Virus record (IMG/VR): IMGVR_UViG_3300037510_000114
Location: 1 to 40,942 of that record
Length of the DNA: 40,942 nucleotides
Reading direction: 5' to 3' (one strand)
Origin: a virus
Lineage: Duplodnaviria; Caudoviricetes
The position numbers were made by a program, and so were the translations under genes. Each line of letters opens with the position of its first letter. Position 1 is the first letter of the stretch. This document shows positions 16,907-26,634 of this stretch, in pieces. A model generated the notes under the pieces. It ran no database searches, had not been told where the DNA came from, and saw only the letters and a list, made by a program, of their open reading frames with translations.

Positions 16907-17292
16907 CCAATCAGTTCGATGTGTGGAAAATCGCGTATCGCTTGAAAGCGACCTCCCCAGGTTAGTCCCAGAGCCTCCGCACACGCGCCATACGTCGCCC
17001 ATGGCATCTTGTCGTCCCACGTCGGACGCCCGTTCGCATCCACAAATGCGAGATCAACAGCGTGACCCAAGCCGTCTTCGTGCGGCTGGTGATTCGACTT
17101 CTTCGCATAGCCGTCCGCATTCGTCACGATCTTTCCGGGCTTCGTCCGACCTTGCTCGTAGAGCGCATGCTGTTCCTCAGCGGTTCTCACACCGTCGGTG
17201 ACCACCATTGGATGACCCAGGGCGTTCATCGCCATCAAGATGCGATGCACCTTATCGATCAGTTCCGGATGGACGCCTTCGAGCTTGTTCAT
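16903..17292 (-). CDS. endolysin, M15 family L-Ala-D-Glu peptidase (CwlK/Ply500-like)
   Basis: LEGVHPEL, VTDGVRTAEEQHALYEQGRTKPG.IVTNA, SNH...GHAVD, WGG.F..IRDFPHIEL, giving Zn ligands H/D/H. Confidence 0.93.
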   Translation of the reverse strand: MNKLEGVHPELIDKVHRILMAMNALGHPMVVTDGVRTAEEQHALYEQGRTKPGKIVTNADGYAKKSNHQPHEDGLGHAVDLAFVDANGRPTWDDKMPWATYGACAEALGLTWGGRFQAIRDFPHIELIG

Positions 17293-17463
17293 CTATAGGT
17301 CGCCAGTCGATGCACGCATGGCACGGATGATGATCGCCATGCCTAGCAGGAGTCCCACAATCTTGGCCGCAGGACTCTGTGGATCGTTCCACAGCCAATA
17401 CGCCGTGAACACAAACGGAATGCACCGAAGCGCCATGATGATTGCCTGATCAGCCTTCGACAT
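17293..17463 (-). CDS. 56-aa 2-TM protein, holin candidate (not in ORF track)
   Basis: Translated by hand as MSKADQAIIMALRCIPFVFTAYWLWNDPQSPAAKIVGLLLGMAIIIRAMRASTGDL. Its TAG abuts the endolysin ATG. Confidence 0.6.
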   Translation of the reverse strand: MSKADQAIIMALRCIPFVFTAYWLWNDPQSPAAKIVGLLLGMAIIIRAMRASTGDL

Positions 17464-17465
17464 GC

Positions 17466-17891
17466 TCAGTGCTCCCGCCCACGTTCGTGAATTTTGAACC
17501 GAAACCGTCGCGGCTTCATATTGATGACGACGTGCATGAACGAGAAGATGGTGATGGGCTTAATGATATAGCCTGCGGCCCCCAACATCCGCGCCGTATC
17601 TTCAGATTCTTTATCTTCAGCGCGTGATAGCACCACGAGCTGCGTCCGATCGAGATGCTTGTGATGCTCGCGAATCTCTTTGATCAACTCGAATCCTGAC
17701 ATGCCCGGTAAGACGAGATCGATCAGAATCAGCCCCGGCCGCTCGAGTTGCCCGGTATGGAGACGCACCAACAGTTCTTCCCCTCGCGAGAGGTAGGTGA
17801 ACGAGTTGTCCACCATGTCTTCGATCTGCGTCTGAATCATCCGCCGATCGACCGGGTCATCATCCACGACCACAATAGGGACAGGCTGCAT
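17466..17891 (-). CDS. single-domain response regulator (CheY/Rcp1-like receiver)
   Basis: IVVVDDD, LILIDLVLPGMSGFELIKEIR (phosphoacceptor D), VVLS, GAAGYIIKP. Alternative start is GTG 17906. Confidence 0.9.
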   Translation of the reverse strand: MQPVPIVVVDDDPVDRRMIQTQIEDMVDNSFTYLSRGEELLVRLHTGQLERPGLILIDLVLPGMSGFELIKEIREHHKHLDRTQLVVLSRAEDKESEDTARMLGAAGYIIKPITIFSFMHVVINMKPRRFRFKIHERGREH

Positions 17892-17898
17892 CGTCGTG

Positions 17899-18159
17899 TC
17901 ACTCACTATCCGAGTCTTCGAAGACTTTGGAACGCCCGACAATGCGGACCAGATCTCGGACACGTCCACTGATGTCTCGTTCAAATCTGTCCTGTTGCTG
18001 GACGATATTCCCCAACTTGACATTGATAACCTCAACGTCCGACTTCCGCTCGGCGTGTGCTTCCTTGACCTTGCCTTCGAGCCGCACTAGCCAGACAACC
18101 GTGGCGATCCCGGCCAGCAGCAGCGTAATGGCTTCCCCGGCCCCGATCTGGATCGACAT
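17899..18159 (-). CDS. membrane-anchored coiled-coil protein (holin/XhlA-like position)
   Basis: N-terminal TM (AITLLLAGIATVVWLV) followed by a charged helical segment, upstream of the endolysin. Confidence 0.65.
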   Translation of the reverse strand: MSIQIGAGEAITLLLAGIATVVWLVRLEGKVKEAHAERKSDVEVINVKLGNIVQQQDRFERDISGRVRDLVRIVGRSKVFEDSDSE

Positions 18160-18228
18160 GTCTCATGCCCCTTAGCCTCGCATGTCCCCCACGCCCTGCT
18201 CGCGTGGGTCCGTGTGCTGTGGTCTGCC

Positions 18229-18522
18229 CTATGGCTTGATCGCCGACTCCGCCGACGGCTTCTTCATCTCTGCGGCCTTCTTTTCGATCGCTTCGAGTTC
18301 GGCAACACGCGCCTTCAAGATCTGCAGATCCAACATATTCGCCTCACAGGAGGCGGCACGGCGCATCAATTCACCGATGGTTGCCTGTTTGGTGAGTTCG
18401 GACCTCTGCTGCGCAACCTGTTCCGGCGTGGGCATCATTGGCGCTGTTGGTGCTTGCGCTCTCACGGTGAAGCCGCTGATCAGCAATGCCGATCCGATTA
18501 TGATTAGTCGATATACTGACAT
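18229..18522 (-). CDS. small secreted coiled-coil protein
   Basis: MSVYRLIIIGSALLISGFTVRA|QAP signal-like N-terminus with AAGGA just upstream. C-terminal LQILKARVAELEA coiled coil. Confidence 0.6.
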   Translation of the reverse strand: MSVYRLIIIGSALLISGFTVRAQAPTAPMMPTPEQVAQQRSELTKQATIGELMRRAASCEANMLDLQILKARVAELEAIEKKAAEMKKPSAESAIKP

Positions 18523-18524
18523 CC

Positions 18525-20744
18525 TTAGGGCGCTCCACACGCCAAGCTGATCACAATGCCTTGTCTGATATTGATGGTCTTGATGGCTTGGCCGGTGGGA
18601 CACGTCACCGAGCCGCCACTATCGCCTGCCGCAGTGCCATTAATGGTTACCGTGCCGGTCCCGATATTAAGCGCATCGAAAAATGCATTGGACCATCTGG
18701 CGCCAGAGCGTCCCAGCGCCACGCTCGCCGTAGGCATAATCGGCACGTCCACCTGCACCTCTGCAGAATTCCCCGATACGCCGACGCCACTTCCCGTATA
18801 GAGACCGAGATGACCCGTAATTGCGGCGCCGCCAGACGATCGCCCTGATGCCTCGAATACGATGTAAGCATCCTTCGACGACCCTGAGGCGTAGTCGTTC
18901 ACGATCCTAGATTGACGTATCGTGCCGCCTGATCCTTCTGTTGAATACCCGATCGTGTCGCTACCACCCGTACTAAAGTTATACGCCTTTGAGGCCGTAA
19001 AACCTCCAGGCAGCGTTGAGATATCAATACGCAATCCATTGTCATCGATCGTGACTGCGCCCTCCGAGATGGAGAGGTGGCCGTCAGAGGCATAAGCACG
19101 AAACTTCTGCGTAGCGCCGTTCATAATGCGGAAGCCATTCACGTCGTCCTGAGCGATCCAGACCTTCGTCGAATCGCCAGAGACCAGACCGAATGTGCTG
19201 GATCCGTAACCATAGACACCTTGCAGTTGGCCCAAGCACCAGCGCGGCGCCCAATCGTTGTACGTGCTCGACAAGCGGACGTTCCCACAGAGCGTCGGAC
19301 CAATCTCGGTGCCAGCCTTCACGCCACGCGTGCTGTAGGCGTCGATGAATCCGTTGCCTGTCTGCCCCGTATTCGCCACCGCGGTCCCAGCCACCCAGGC
19401 GTTGCCGCCACTGCCATCGAGATTGCGTGTCACGGTGTAGCTGGCCGCCGTCTGCGACCAGGGTGTCATGGTCGAGCCGACTTCGACCTGCATCGCATCG
19501 ATATTGTGCGTCACTGACCCAGTGGGCATCTGCGTCACGCCCGCACGACTTCCCCCGCTACTGTGGGTACAGGTTCCATGTAAACGGTACCAGTGGCCCG
19601 TGCTCGTGGCCCCCAGATCATCCGCGACCGTCGAGGACGCGAGATCAACCGAGCTGCAATAGATTTGATACGACGACCCGGTCGGCACGATCGGCCCATC
19701 GTCGCTACGGCGCATCACGAGTTGAATCGTATAGGTCGTCGCGTTGGCCATCCATGTGGTGCCATCGAAATATTCGAAATTCAAGACGGTATTCGGGAGG
19801 CTGATCGATGCGTCGCCTTGCCACCGATGATCGCGATCGAGTGACGCGGTGCCGACGTTCAAGCCCCACGATGTCGTCGTGTCCGCTGTCGCGCAGGATC
19901 CGGATTGCGGACACAGGTTGATCAGGGTCGCGCCGCTCCCAACCGCCATGAATTCGACACGGCCCTCGCCCTCCATGTAGACGCGATCCCCATTGGCCAG
20001 ATTGTTGTCATTGACCGTGATCGTGGTCTGCGTGCTCGTGATATCAGCCCTGAGCTGCGTCGTCAGCAGGATCAAGAGACGTCCGCCCATCGTGGCCATG
20101 ATGTTCTGACGCACCAGCGTTTCGACATTCAGTTCAGCCGCATACACGGACAGGAACTTCCGCAACGGCGAGCCGAGATTGATGTCGTACGGCAGGTTCG
20201 GCAAGATCGCCTTGGCTTTCGGATCGACCAACAGATAATCGTACAACTGGAATGGCACCGTATCGGCACTACCACTGCTGTTGGTCCGATAAAACCGCAT
20301 GACGCCGCTGGCATTGTCGATCGTCCACTGCGAACTGCTCGCATCTTCCCATGTGACGCGTGGCGTGCCGGCGTTCTGATGAATACGGACGTTGTCGAAG
20401 CCGAGCGCCGGATCTGCGCCTGTACTCGTCGCCACCGTGAACGGACCATACAGCCAGTTTGAGAAGAACCAGTGGCCGGACGTGTCTATTGTCGTCCCAC
20501 TATCTTTCCGGACGTTACCGCTGGTGTCGATCCCGATCGCGCTCGAGGCGCCCCCAGAGACGGACGGTAGACCGACCACCTTCAAGACCTGGTCAAAGTT
20601 GCTCTGCACGTCGCCACTGGCACCAATCACGATCTTGGTCGAGACGCCGAGATAATCGGTCGTTTGCGCCGTCTGCGCCGCAGCCACGGTCGGCCACAAC
20701 GCCAGCAGACTACAAGCTCTGGCCCATCGCAAACACGGACGCAT
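18525..20744 (-). CDS. putative tail fibre / receptor-binding protein with signal-peptide-like N-terminus
   Basis: Follows the tail hub gene, GGGAG RBS. Contains tail-type motifs (YDINLGSPLRKFLSVYA, ELNVETLVRQNIMATMGG), a CBM-like segment ending IDAMQVEVGS..TPW, and VALGRSGARWSNAF. Confidence 0.7.
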   Translation of the reverse strand: MRPCLRWARACSLLALWPTVAAAQTAQTTDYLGVSTKIVIGASGDVQSNFDQVLKVVGLPSVSGGASSAIGIDTSGNVRKDSGTTIDTSGHWFFSNWLYGPFTVATSTGADPALGFDNVRIHQNAGTPRVTWEDASSSQWTIDNASGVMRFYRTNSSGSADTVPFQLYDYLLVDPKAKAILPNLPYDINLGSPLRKFLSVYAAELNVETLVRQNIMATMGGRLLILLTTQLRADITSTQTTITVNDNNLANGDRVYMEGEGRVEFMAVGSGATLINLCPQSGSCATADTTTSWGLNVGTASLDRDHRWQGDASISLPNTVLNFEYFDGTTWMANATTYTIQLVMRRSDDGPIVPTGSSYQIYCSSVDLASSTVADDLGATSTGHWYRLHGTCTHSSGGSRAGVTQMPTGSVTHNIDAMQVEVGSTMTPWSQTAASYTVTRNLDGSGGNAWVAGTAVANTGQTGNGFIDAYSTRGVKAGTEIGPTLCGNVRLSSTYNDWAPRWCLGQLQGVYGYGSSTFGLVSGDSTKVWIAQDDVNGFRIMNGATQKFRAYASDGHLSISEGAVTIDDNGLRIDISTLPGGFTASKAYNFSTGGSDTIGYSTEGSGGTIRQSRIVNDYASGSSKDAYIVFEASGRSSGGAAITGHLGLYTGSGVGVSGNSAEVQVDVPIMPTASVALGRSGARWSNAFFDALNIGTGTVTINGTAAGDSGGSVTCPTGQAIKTINIRQGIVISLACGAP

Positions 20745-22389
20745 TTCCGTCGCTCCCTTTCACCTGGAGATAGTAGTCGTGGACGCCACTGCTCGGCGTA
20801 AACGTCACCACCTCTTCGTCAGTCACGGTTGAGGTCGATGTCCCTCCGGTCGCCATTTGCGTATCGACACCCGCGACCCGCTTGACAATACGGGCCTGCA
20901 CACTCGTGCCGGCATGACCGGTTCTTTGCAGCACGCGAACGGTCTGCCCCACGCCAGCGGTGCCATCCAGGCGAATCGGCAAGGCATCCGGGACGTCTTT
21001 CCAGGTCGCATTCGCGATCTGGCCCGATGCCAGGGAGCCGCCCCAATAGGCATAGGGGATCGACGTCGGGGATGTCGCACTGGTACTGCTGACGGCCGTG
21101 GCCCCGCTGGTGGCCGATCCCCCCATCAAGTTCTTGAAATACTGCTGCCAGTTCGCGCGGTACTGATTGCCCTCAACGGCCGACACATCGAAGAAGAACA
21201 GATTGCTGCCGCTGAGTCCTGCCCCGATCTTCGCGACATGCTGCATGGAGACCTTGGTGATCAGGAAATCCACACTCGACATGTCGAACTTCGACACGGT
21301 GACGTTGACGGTCATGCCAGGCACGAGACCGGCCGTCGAGGTCTTCGCGGACAAGGTCCGCGGCACACCGAGACGGCGTGCGAGTTCACCCTCGCCCAGG
21401 GATGTCGCTTGTACGTAGTCATAGACATCCGGGTAGCTGACCACGACCGCAAAGTAGTCGTAGAGCGAGATCTCGGTTGGGTCCGTGACGTTGAGCGATG
21501 ATGGGAACTGCGCCGTATAGGGGACGCCGATCGTATCCGATGTGCCTGGTGGGCTACCGCTGTAGGTGATGGTGCCCGCGCCGGCATTATAGGTCCACGT
21601 GACGCCGTCGATGAGATAGTTTGTGCTATTCAGTGAGACCGTCGTCGGCGCGACCGCCACATTGTAATGCAGGGGAAATGTCGTGGACGACCCGTCGCCA
21701 AAGAACTTGTCGAGCACGACTTGCTGGCCGGATGACCCGAAATTGACCAGGATATAGTTCGAATATCCCGTCAACGTCCGCGAGACCTTCATGGAGAGGA
21801 TCGAGCCGTCCGTATCCTGGAGGGCGAACGGTGCCCCAATGGTGCCCGGTCCGTAGAAACGGACATGCTTGTCGAAGTCGTACCGATAATTCCAGCCTGA
21901 CACGGTGGCGAGTTGGTCAAAACACCCATTCACGGTCAGGAACGGGAAGCCCTGATCAACGAGAGTCGGCCCCGTGTCTTGCGCGGCGTCCAAGGTCACA
22001 CCATGACCGATATTGGCCGCAATCGTCGTCAGCATGGATTTCAGTGTCCCTGCGGCCGTAATGCCGTTGAAGAGACTCACGTCGCCATAGGCCGCGTAGC
22101 TGACACACTGAACGGTGTACTCGTGATGACGATAATCCACCACCGGATTCTCGTCCGCAGTCCACACGATGCCGCCAAACACGCGTACGCTATCGACTTC
22201 CACCACGACGTCCAGGTTATGGATCGTGTGGTAGGACAGGAGCGCCGAGATCTTGTCCGGATCGACGGACCGCAACACGCACCGCATCACGGGCCGACTG
22301 TTAATCTCATAGTCAATGGTCAATGTCCCGAGCTGGACATACCCACGCATGTCGTCCCCGCCGATCGTAAACGTCGTGACGACCGCCAT
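20710..22389 (-). CDS. tail tip / baseplate hub-like protein
   Basis: Directly follows the tape measure gene. VFGGIV, LATVSGWNYRYDFDKHVRF, GLVPGMTVNV...FLITKV and FFGDGSSTTFPL are typical siphovirus hub features. Confidence 0.75.
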   Translation of the reverse strand: MAVVTTFTIGGDDMRGYVQLGTLTIDYEINSRPVMRCVLRSVDPDKISALLSYHTIHNLDVVVEVDSVRVFGGIVWTADENPVVDYRHHEYTVQCVSYAAYGDVSLFNGITAAGTLKSMLTTIAANIGHGVTLDAAQDTGPTLVDQGFPFLTVNGCFDQLATVSGWNYRYDFDKHVRFYGPGTIGAPFALQDTDGSILSMKVSRTLTGYSNYILVNFGSSGQQVVLDKFFGDGSSTTFPLHYNVAVAPTTVSLNSTNYLIDGVTWTYNAGAGTITYSGSPPGTSDTIGVPYTAQFPSSLNVTDPTEISLYDYFAVVVSYPDVYDYVQATSLGEGELARRLGVPRTLSAKTSTAGLVPGMTVNVTVSKFDMSSVDFLITKVSMQHVAKIGAGLSGSNLFFFDVSAVEGNQYRANWQQYFKNLMGGSATSGATAVSSTSATSPTSIPYAYWGGSLASGQIANATWKDVPDALPIRLDGTAGVGQTVRVLQRTGHAGTSVQARIVKRVAGVDTQMATGGTSTSTVTDEEVVTFTPSSGVHDYYLQVKGSDGNASVFAMGQSL

Positions 22390-25300
22390 TTAATGCGCCA
22401 ATCCATGGAGCCCGAGCACTTCCGGCACGAATGGCACGATCGTATAGGCGACTTCTCGGCCATCCATGTTGACGTGGACGTGAATCTCCTGTGTGCCTCC
22501 GCCACGCATCTGGTTCAACGGAATGATGGCTTCCGGTCCCGCCTCGCCCACGAGTCGCACTTGCGGACGCGTCACGATGCCCCCCGTGGCCGTCGGCGGG
22601 GCCTCAATGCGCTCGCCCCCTGGAACCTGCAACGTCTCGTAGTCGTACTTGATCGGAATCCTGATGTCGCTACGCTGGGCGATCGCGCCCATTTGGTCGA
22701 TGCCGTCCTGCAGCGCGCCCGGCAGGCTGTCCTTGGACTTGCCGGTCAACACATCGATCAGTTCATGAATGGCGTCCGTCACGGGCGCGAACTGATCCGC
22801 GAGCGGCTTCCCGAATTTGATGCCGGTCAGATCCTTGAGCGCCTCGCCGTTCTCATCGATCAACTGCCCATTCGCGAGCAATTCTTCCAGGATCGGCCGC
22901 ATGTTCTCTGGGACTTCGGCCCCGGCTTGCTTCGCGTCAGAGACGAACTGACTGATCTCGTCGGACATGCCGGCCAGCGAGCCGCCGATATCGACGTTGA
23001 GATCCTTCAGTGTCGAGAAGTCCTTGAAGATGTCCTGTGCGCGTGCCGAGATCTGCGCTTGCTCAAACGAGGGGCCGAGCTGCGCGAGCGAGATCCCATA
23101 CTTCTGGGCGATCTCAGTCGCCTTCGCGAGGTCACCAGTGCTGGCGCTACCGATGCCGAGCAGCTTGTTCTTCGCATCATCCGAGACAAGCCCGAGTTCT
23201 ACCATCCGATCAAGGATCGGCTCCAGTTCGGCCGGAATCTTGCTGCCGCTGTCCTTGGCCGCAATCAACAGGGCGTTGAAGCTATCCGCCATCTTGGTGA
23301 TGACGGTATCTTTCGGCAGGTTGCCGCCGACACCGGTTAGCGCCTTGAAGTCCGACTGCAGCTGCGCGGATTGATCCGCGAAGAGTTGCTGGGGATTCTT
23401 CTGGGCATCCTGGAGTTCAGACAGCGTAATCCCATACCGCTTCATGGCGGCATCGAGGTTGTTCCATTTCGTTTGGAACTCGTCGATCACCTGATTGAAC
23501 ACCTTGACGCCATCAACGCCGCGGCCAATATTGGCAAAGGCTTTGTCGATATCGACGCCGACGAATTGCGCCTGCTTGCGGACGTTCTCGATCGAGCCGA
23601 AGGTCTTTTCGAGTTCGCCGCGAACCTCGCGCATCTCCTTTGAGGCGTCGCTATTGGCTTTGTGCGCGCCCCAGGCCCCAGCGATCGCGCCCACGCCAGC
23701 GCCAATGACGGTACCCCAGGGTCCGGCGAGCGATCCGACGGCTGCGCCCGTCCCGGCCCCAGCGGCGATACCGGCGGCATAGTTACCCGTCGCCCTGCCA
23801 ACCTTCCACCCGACAATGCCGCCAGCCACCGGACCACCGATATATCCAACTGCGCTCGTGGTCGCCAAGCCGCTAAGAGCACCGTGGGAAGCCGCCACAC
23901 CGGTACCGGTGGTGCCGGCGCCCATAATCGTCTGTGCCGCTGCGTTGGTTCCAGCTTGCGCGCCGCTACTGACCGCCGCATTCGCCACACCAGATTGCAC
24001 GCCGCTGGAGAGCGCCGTTCCAATCAGGGAGGACCAGATCCCGCCACCAGCCAGCAAGGATGCGGTGATCTTTGCGATGAACATGCGCTCGAAATACGCG
24101 ATGATGTCGCTGAGAATGTCGCCGAGGCCCTTCTGAATGTCGTGCCAGATGCCAAGGAAGCCATCCTTGAAGGACTCCTGCCCCGACAACATCTTGCCGA
24201 TCCCATCAGTGAACGAGGTCACGACTCCGTCAAAGAGTCTGGGGATATCACTCGTGATGGTGCGCCAGAGCGTCGGCAGCTTCCCGGTCGCCGCGAGTTG
24301 CGCATCGATCATCTGGTCATACGCGGACTTGATCTGCGCCACCGTCGCTGTGCCACTAGCCGCAACAATCTGGTAGTTCTGGCTTGCCGCGATCGCGGCC
24401 TGTTGCAGTTCTGCCCTGGAGGTCAATCCGAAAGCACTAAAGGCGTCAGACGTCTTCTTGAGCGATCCCTGGAACGCATCGTCCGCGTCCTTCAGATCCT
24501 TCGGCACATTCTTCAGGCCAAAGGCCTTACCGATATCAGGTAGGGTATTCAGGTTGTGTGCGTACGCCCCGATCGTGATGTCGGTCGAGGTGAGCGTGTC
24601 CGTGAGCTTGGGAAGCTCCTTGATCACGTCCTCAAGTCCGAGCTTCATCGGTCCAAGCGTGGTATGCCAGTTGGCCGTGGCAAACGCTAGCTTCGTAAAC
24701 TTGTCGTAGAGGGGACCGGACGCAGTTCCCATGGCCTGCATGGCTTGCGCCGCATCGAGAAAGAGCTTGTTGGCTTCCGCTTGTTTGGCGCCGAGATTGG
24801 TGATGGAGAGTTTGCCGTTATCGAACTCGGCCGCCGTCTTCGTGGCCTGCGCAATAGTCTTGGCCATCTCGTCGCCGAGCGACTTGATCTTGTCTTTCGG
24901 CGCGTCCAAACTGTCGCCAAGGCCAGAGAAACTCTGCTGACTTTTGCGCGCAGCCTCGGCCGACTGAGCGATTTGATCGCGGATCTTCGCGAGCGAACCA
25001 GCGGTCGTTGTGCCGAGTGCAAAACCCAGCTTGTCGAGAATGCCCGTGACGTTCTTCGACGCGTCGCCGAAGCCTTCCAGCTGCTTGCCTGCTTCGATGA
25101 ATGTCTTGCCCGATTGTCCGAAATCAGGGATGACGTACTGCAGGGCCTTGCCGAACGAGACAAGACTCTCGCCCGCACCACGGGCCGATTTCAGGAGGTC
25201 ATTGATCGCGAGGATCGTCGCGCCGATAATCTGCACAACTTCCGCGGCGACCTGATCGAGCGTCTCGGCGAAGTTCACGTAGGACGTGCTGGCGTTCTTC

Positions 25301-26427
25301 GTCGCGAAGATCCACGCATCAGCAAACTTCGTCAGCACCGCGGCGACGGTAGGCAGGAACGCCGCGCCGATCTTCAGCCGCACGCCTTCGAACGCCACCC
25401 CGATGTCATTCATGGCGTCATGCACGGCATCGCCCGCGTTCGCCATTTCCTGGGTGACGCCCCCGCCGAGATCATGGAAGCGCGCAATCAGCGACCCGAT
25501 ATCCTCGCGTGTCAGTTGCGAGACTTCTTTGAAGCCCTTCCCGAACAGCGCGACGCCGATGGCCTGTTGTTGTGCGGTATTTCCGACCTTGCTCAAGGCC
25601 TCGATGGTCTGGATGAACGCCTCTTCCGGGCGTGCATTCTTGATCTCGGTAAATGACAGGCCGAGCTGCTTGATCGCCTTTTGGGAAACCTCACTGCCCT
25701 TGCCCAGGTTGACCGACATCTTGAACACGGCGTCGGTGATGCTCTCCAACGACGTACCGGTCTGCTCGCCCACGTACTTGAACGAACTCAGGGCGTCCAC
25801 GCCGATCTTCGTCTTGTTGGAGAGCGTGAGCATCTGGTCGCCGGCATCGGCAGCATGCTCCACCATCCCAATAAGGCTCGAGACGGCTGTCCCGCCGATC
25901 GCCACCAAGCCCACGGCGGCCGCCGCCACGCCGGCAATCGCGATCCCCACTGGACCAAGGATGGAGGCCGACGATCCAAGTCCGGTGAACTTGCCGGCCA
26001 GTCCTTCAATCGCTGCGCCAGCTGGGCCTGCTTGCCCGCCGAGATCCTTCAGACCGCCGATCGCCTTCTCGACATGCCCCACATCGTTGAGGGCCTTCAG
26101 TTCGGTGGAAATCTTCTGCAGGCTCGGCGGGATGTCGGCACCCTGGCGCTTGAGCGCATCCATCGCCCCAGACAGCTGCGACTGCAGTTTCAACGCATCC
26201 CCAGATGCGAGCTTGCTGGCGCCACCGATCGCCTCGACCGCTTTCGACGCCTGCACCGCATCGGAGATGAGCTTGTCACCGCGAAACGAGGTCGCCAGCT
26301 TCCCTATCTCTAACGAGGCTCTACTAGCGGACTTTTCGAACGTCTGGAAATGCACGTCCGCGCCCGCCACAGCTTTCTGCAGTGCGGAGAAGTCGGCGTC
26401 GAAACGTGCATTCAGAGACGTGGCCAT
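22390..26427 (-). CDS. tail tape measure protein
   Basis: 1345-aa Ala/Gly-rich helical protein after the tail chaperone. C-terminal GGIVTRP..LVGEAGPEAIIPL and VNMDGREVA. Confidence 0.93.
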   Translation of the reverse strand: MATSLNARFDADFSALQKAVAGADVHFQTFEKSASRASLEIGKLATSFRGDKLISDAVQASKAVEAIGGASKLASGDALKLQSQLSGAMDALKRQGADIPPSLQKISTELKALNDVGHVEKAIGGLKDLGGQAGPAGAAIEGLAGKFTGLGSSASILGPVGIAIAGVAAAAVGLVAIGGTAVSSLIGMVEHAADAGDQMLTLSNKTKIGVDALSSFKYVGEQTGTSLESITDAVFKMSVNLGKGSEVSQKAIKQLGLSFTEIKNARPEEAFIQTIEALSKVGNTAQQQAIGVALFGKGFKEVSQLTREDIGSLIARFHDLGGGVTQEMANAGDAVHDAMNDIGVAFEGVRLKIGAAFLPTVAAVLTKFADAWIFATKNASTSYVNFAETLDQVAAEVVQIIGATILAINDLLKSARGAGESLVSFGKALQYVIPDFGQSGKTFIEAGKQLEGFGDASKNVTGILDKLGFALGTTTAGSLAKIRDQIAQSAEAARKSQQSFSGLGDSLDAPKDKIKSLGDEMAKTIAQATKTAAEFDNGKLSITNLGAKQAEANKLFLDAAQAMQAMGTASGPLYDKFTKLAFATANWHTTLGPMKLGLEDVIKELPKLTDTLTSTDITIGAYAHNLNTLPDIGKAFGLKNVPKDLKDADDAFQGSLKKTSDAFSAFGLTSRAELQQAAIAASQNYQIVAASGTATVAQIKSAYDQMIDAQLAATGKLPTLWRTITSDIPRLFDGVVTSFTDGIGKMLSGQESFKDGFLGIWHDIQKGLGDILSDIIAYFERMFIAKITASLLAGGGIWSSLIGTALSSGVQSGVANAAVSSGAQAGTNAAAQTIMGAGTTGTGVAASHGALSGLATTSAVGYIGGPVAGGIVGWKVGRATGNYAAGIAAGAGTGAAVGSLAGPWGTVIGAGVGAIAGAWGAHKANSDASKEMREVRGELEKTFGSIENVRKQAQFVGVDIDKAFANIGRGVDGVKVFNQVIDEFQTKWNNLDAAMKRYGITLSELQDAQKNPQQLFADQSAQLQSDFKALTGVGGNLPKDTVITKMADSFNALLIAAKDSGSKIPAELEPILDRMVELGLVSDDAKNKLLGIGSASTGDLAKATEIAQKYGISLAQLGPSFEQAQISARAQDIFKDFSTLKDLNVDIGGSLAGMSDEISQFVSDAKQAGAEVPENMRPILEELLANGQLIDENGEALKDLTGIKFGKPLADQFAPVTDAIHELIDVLTGKSKDSLPGALQDGIDQMGAIAQRSDIRIPIKYDYETLQVPGGERIEAPPTATGGIVTRPQVRLVGEAGPEAIIPLNQMRGGGTQEIHVHVNMDGREVAYTIVPFVPEVLGLHGLAH

Positions 26428-26433
26428 GGCGAT

Positions 26434-26634
26434 CTACGCGCTACTGATCGTGGTCGTCGTGCTCCCGGCGGCGGTGGTATTCATCCGCCGCGCCTCATCG
26501 TTCAAATAGCTGGTCAGATTGCGAAACGTGCTCAGCGGCAACGACGCCACATCCCAGTACGTCCATCGCCACTTCAGGCGGCTGCAGACGTCGAAGATGT
26601 GGTCGTCTCGGTCGTCGCCGCCTGCGACTTTTTT
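26434..26634 (-). CDS. -1 frameshift extension of the tail assembly chaperone (gpT-like)
   Basis: The -1 frame after A AAA AAG reads VAGGDDRDDHIFDVCSRLKWRWTYWDVASLPLSTFRNLTSYLNDEARRMNTTAAGSTTTTISSA*, stopping 6 nt before the tape measure ATG. Confidence 0.8.
   Translation of the reverse strand, partial: KKVAGGDDRDDHIFDVCSRLKWRWTYWDVASLPLSTFRNLTSYLNDEARRMNTTAAGSTTTTISSA

Noticed and set aside
18188-18208. CCCACGC/GCGTGGG hairpin before the lysis block as a terminator
   Set aside because: A 7-bp GC stem with no U tract is too common in GC-rich DNA to call.
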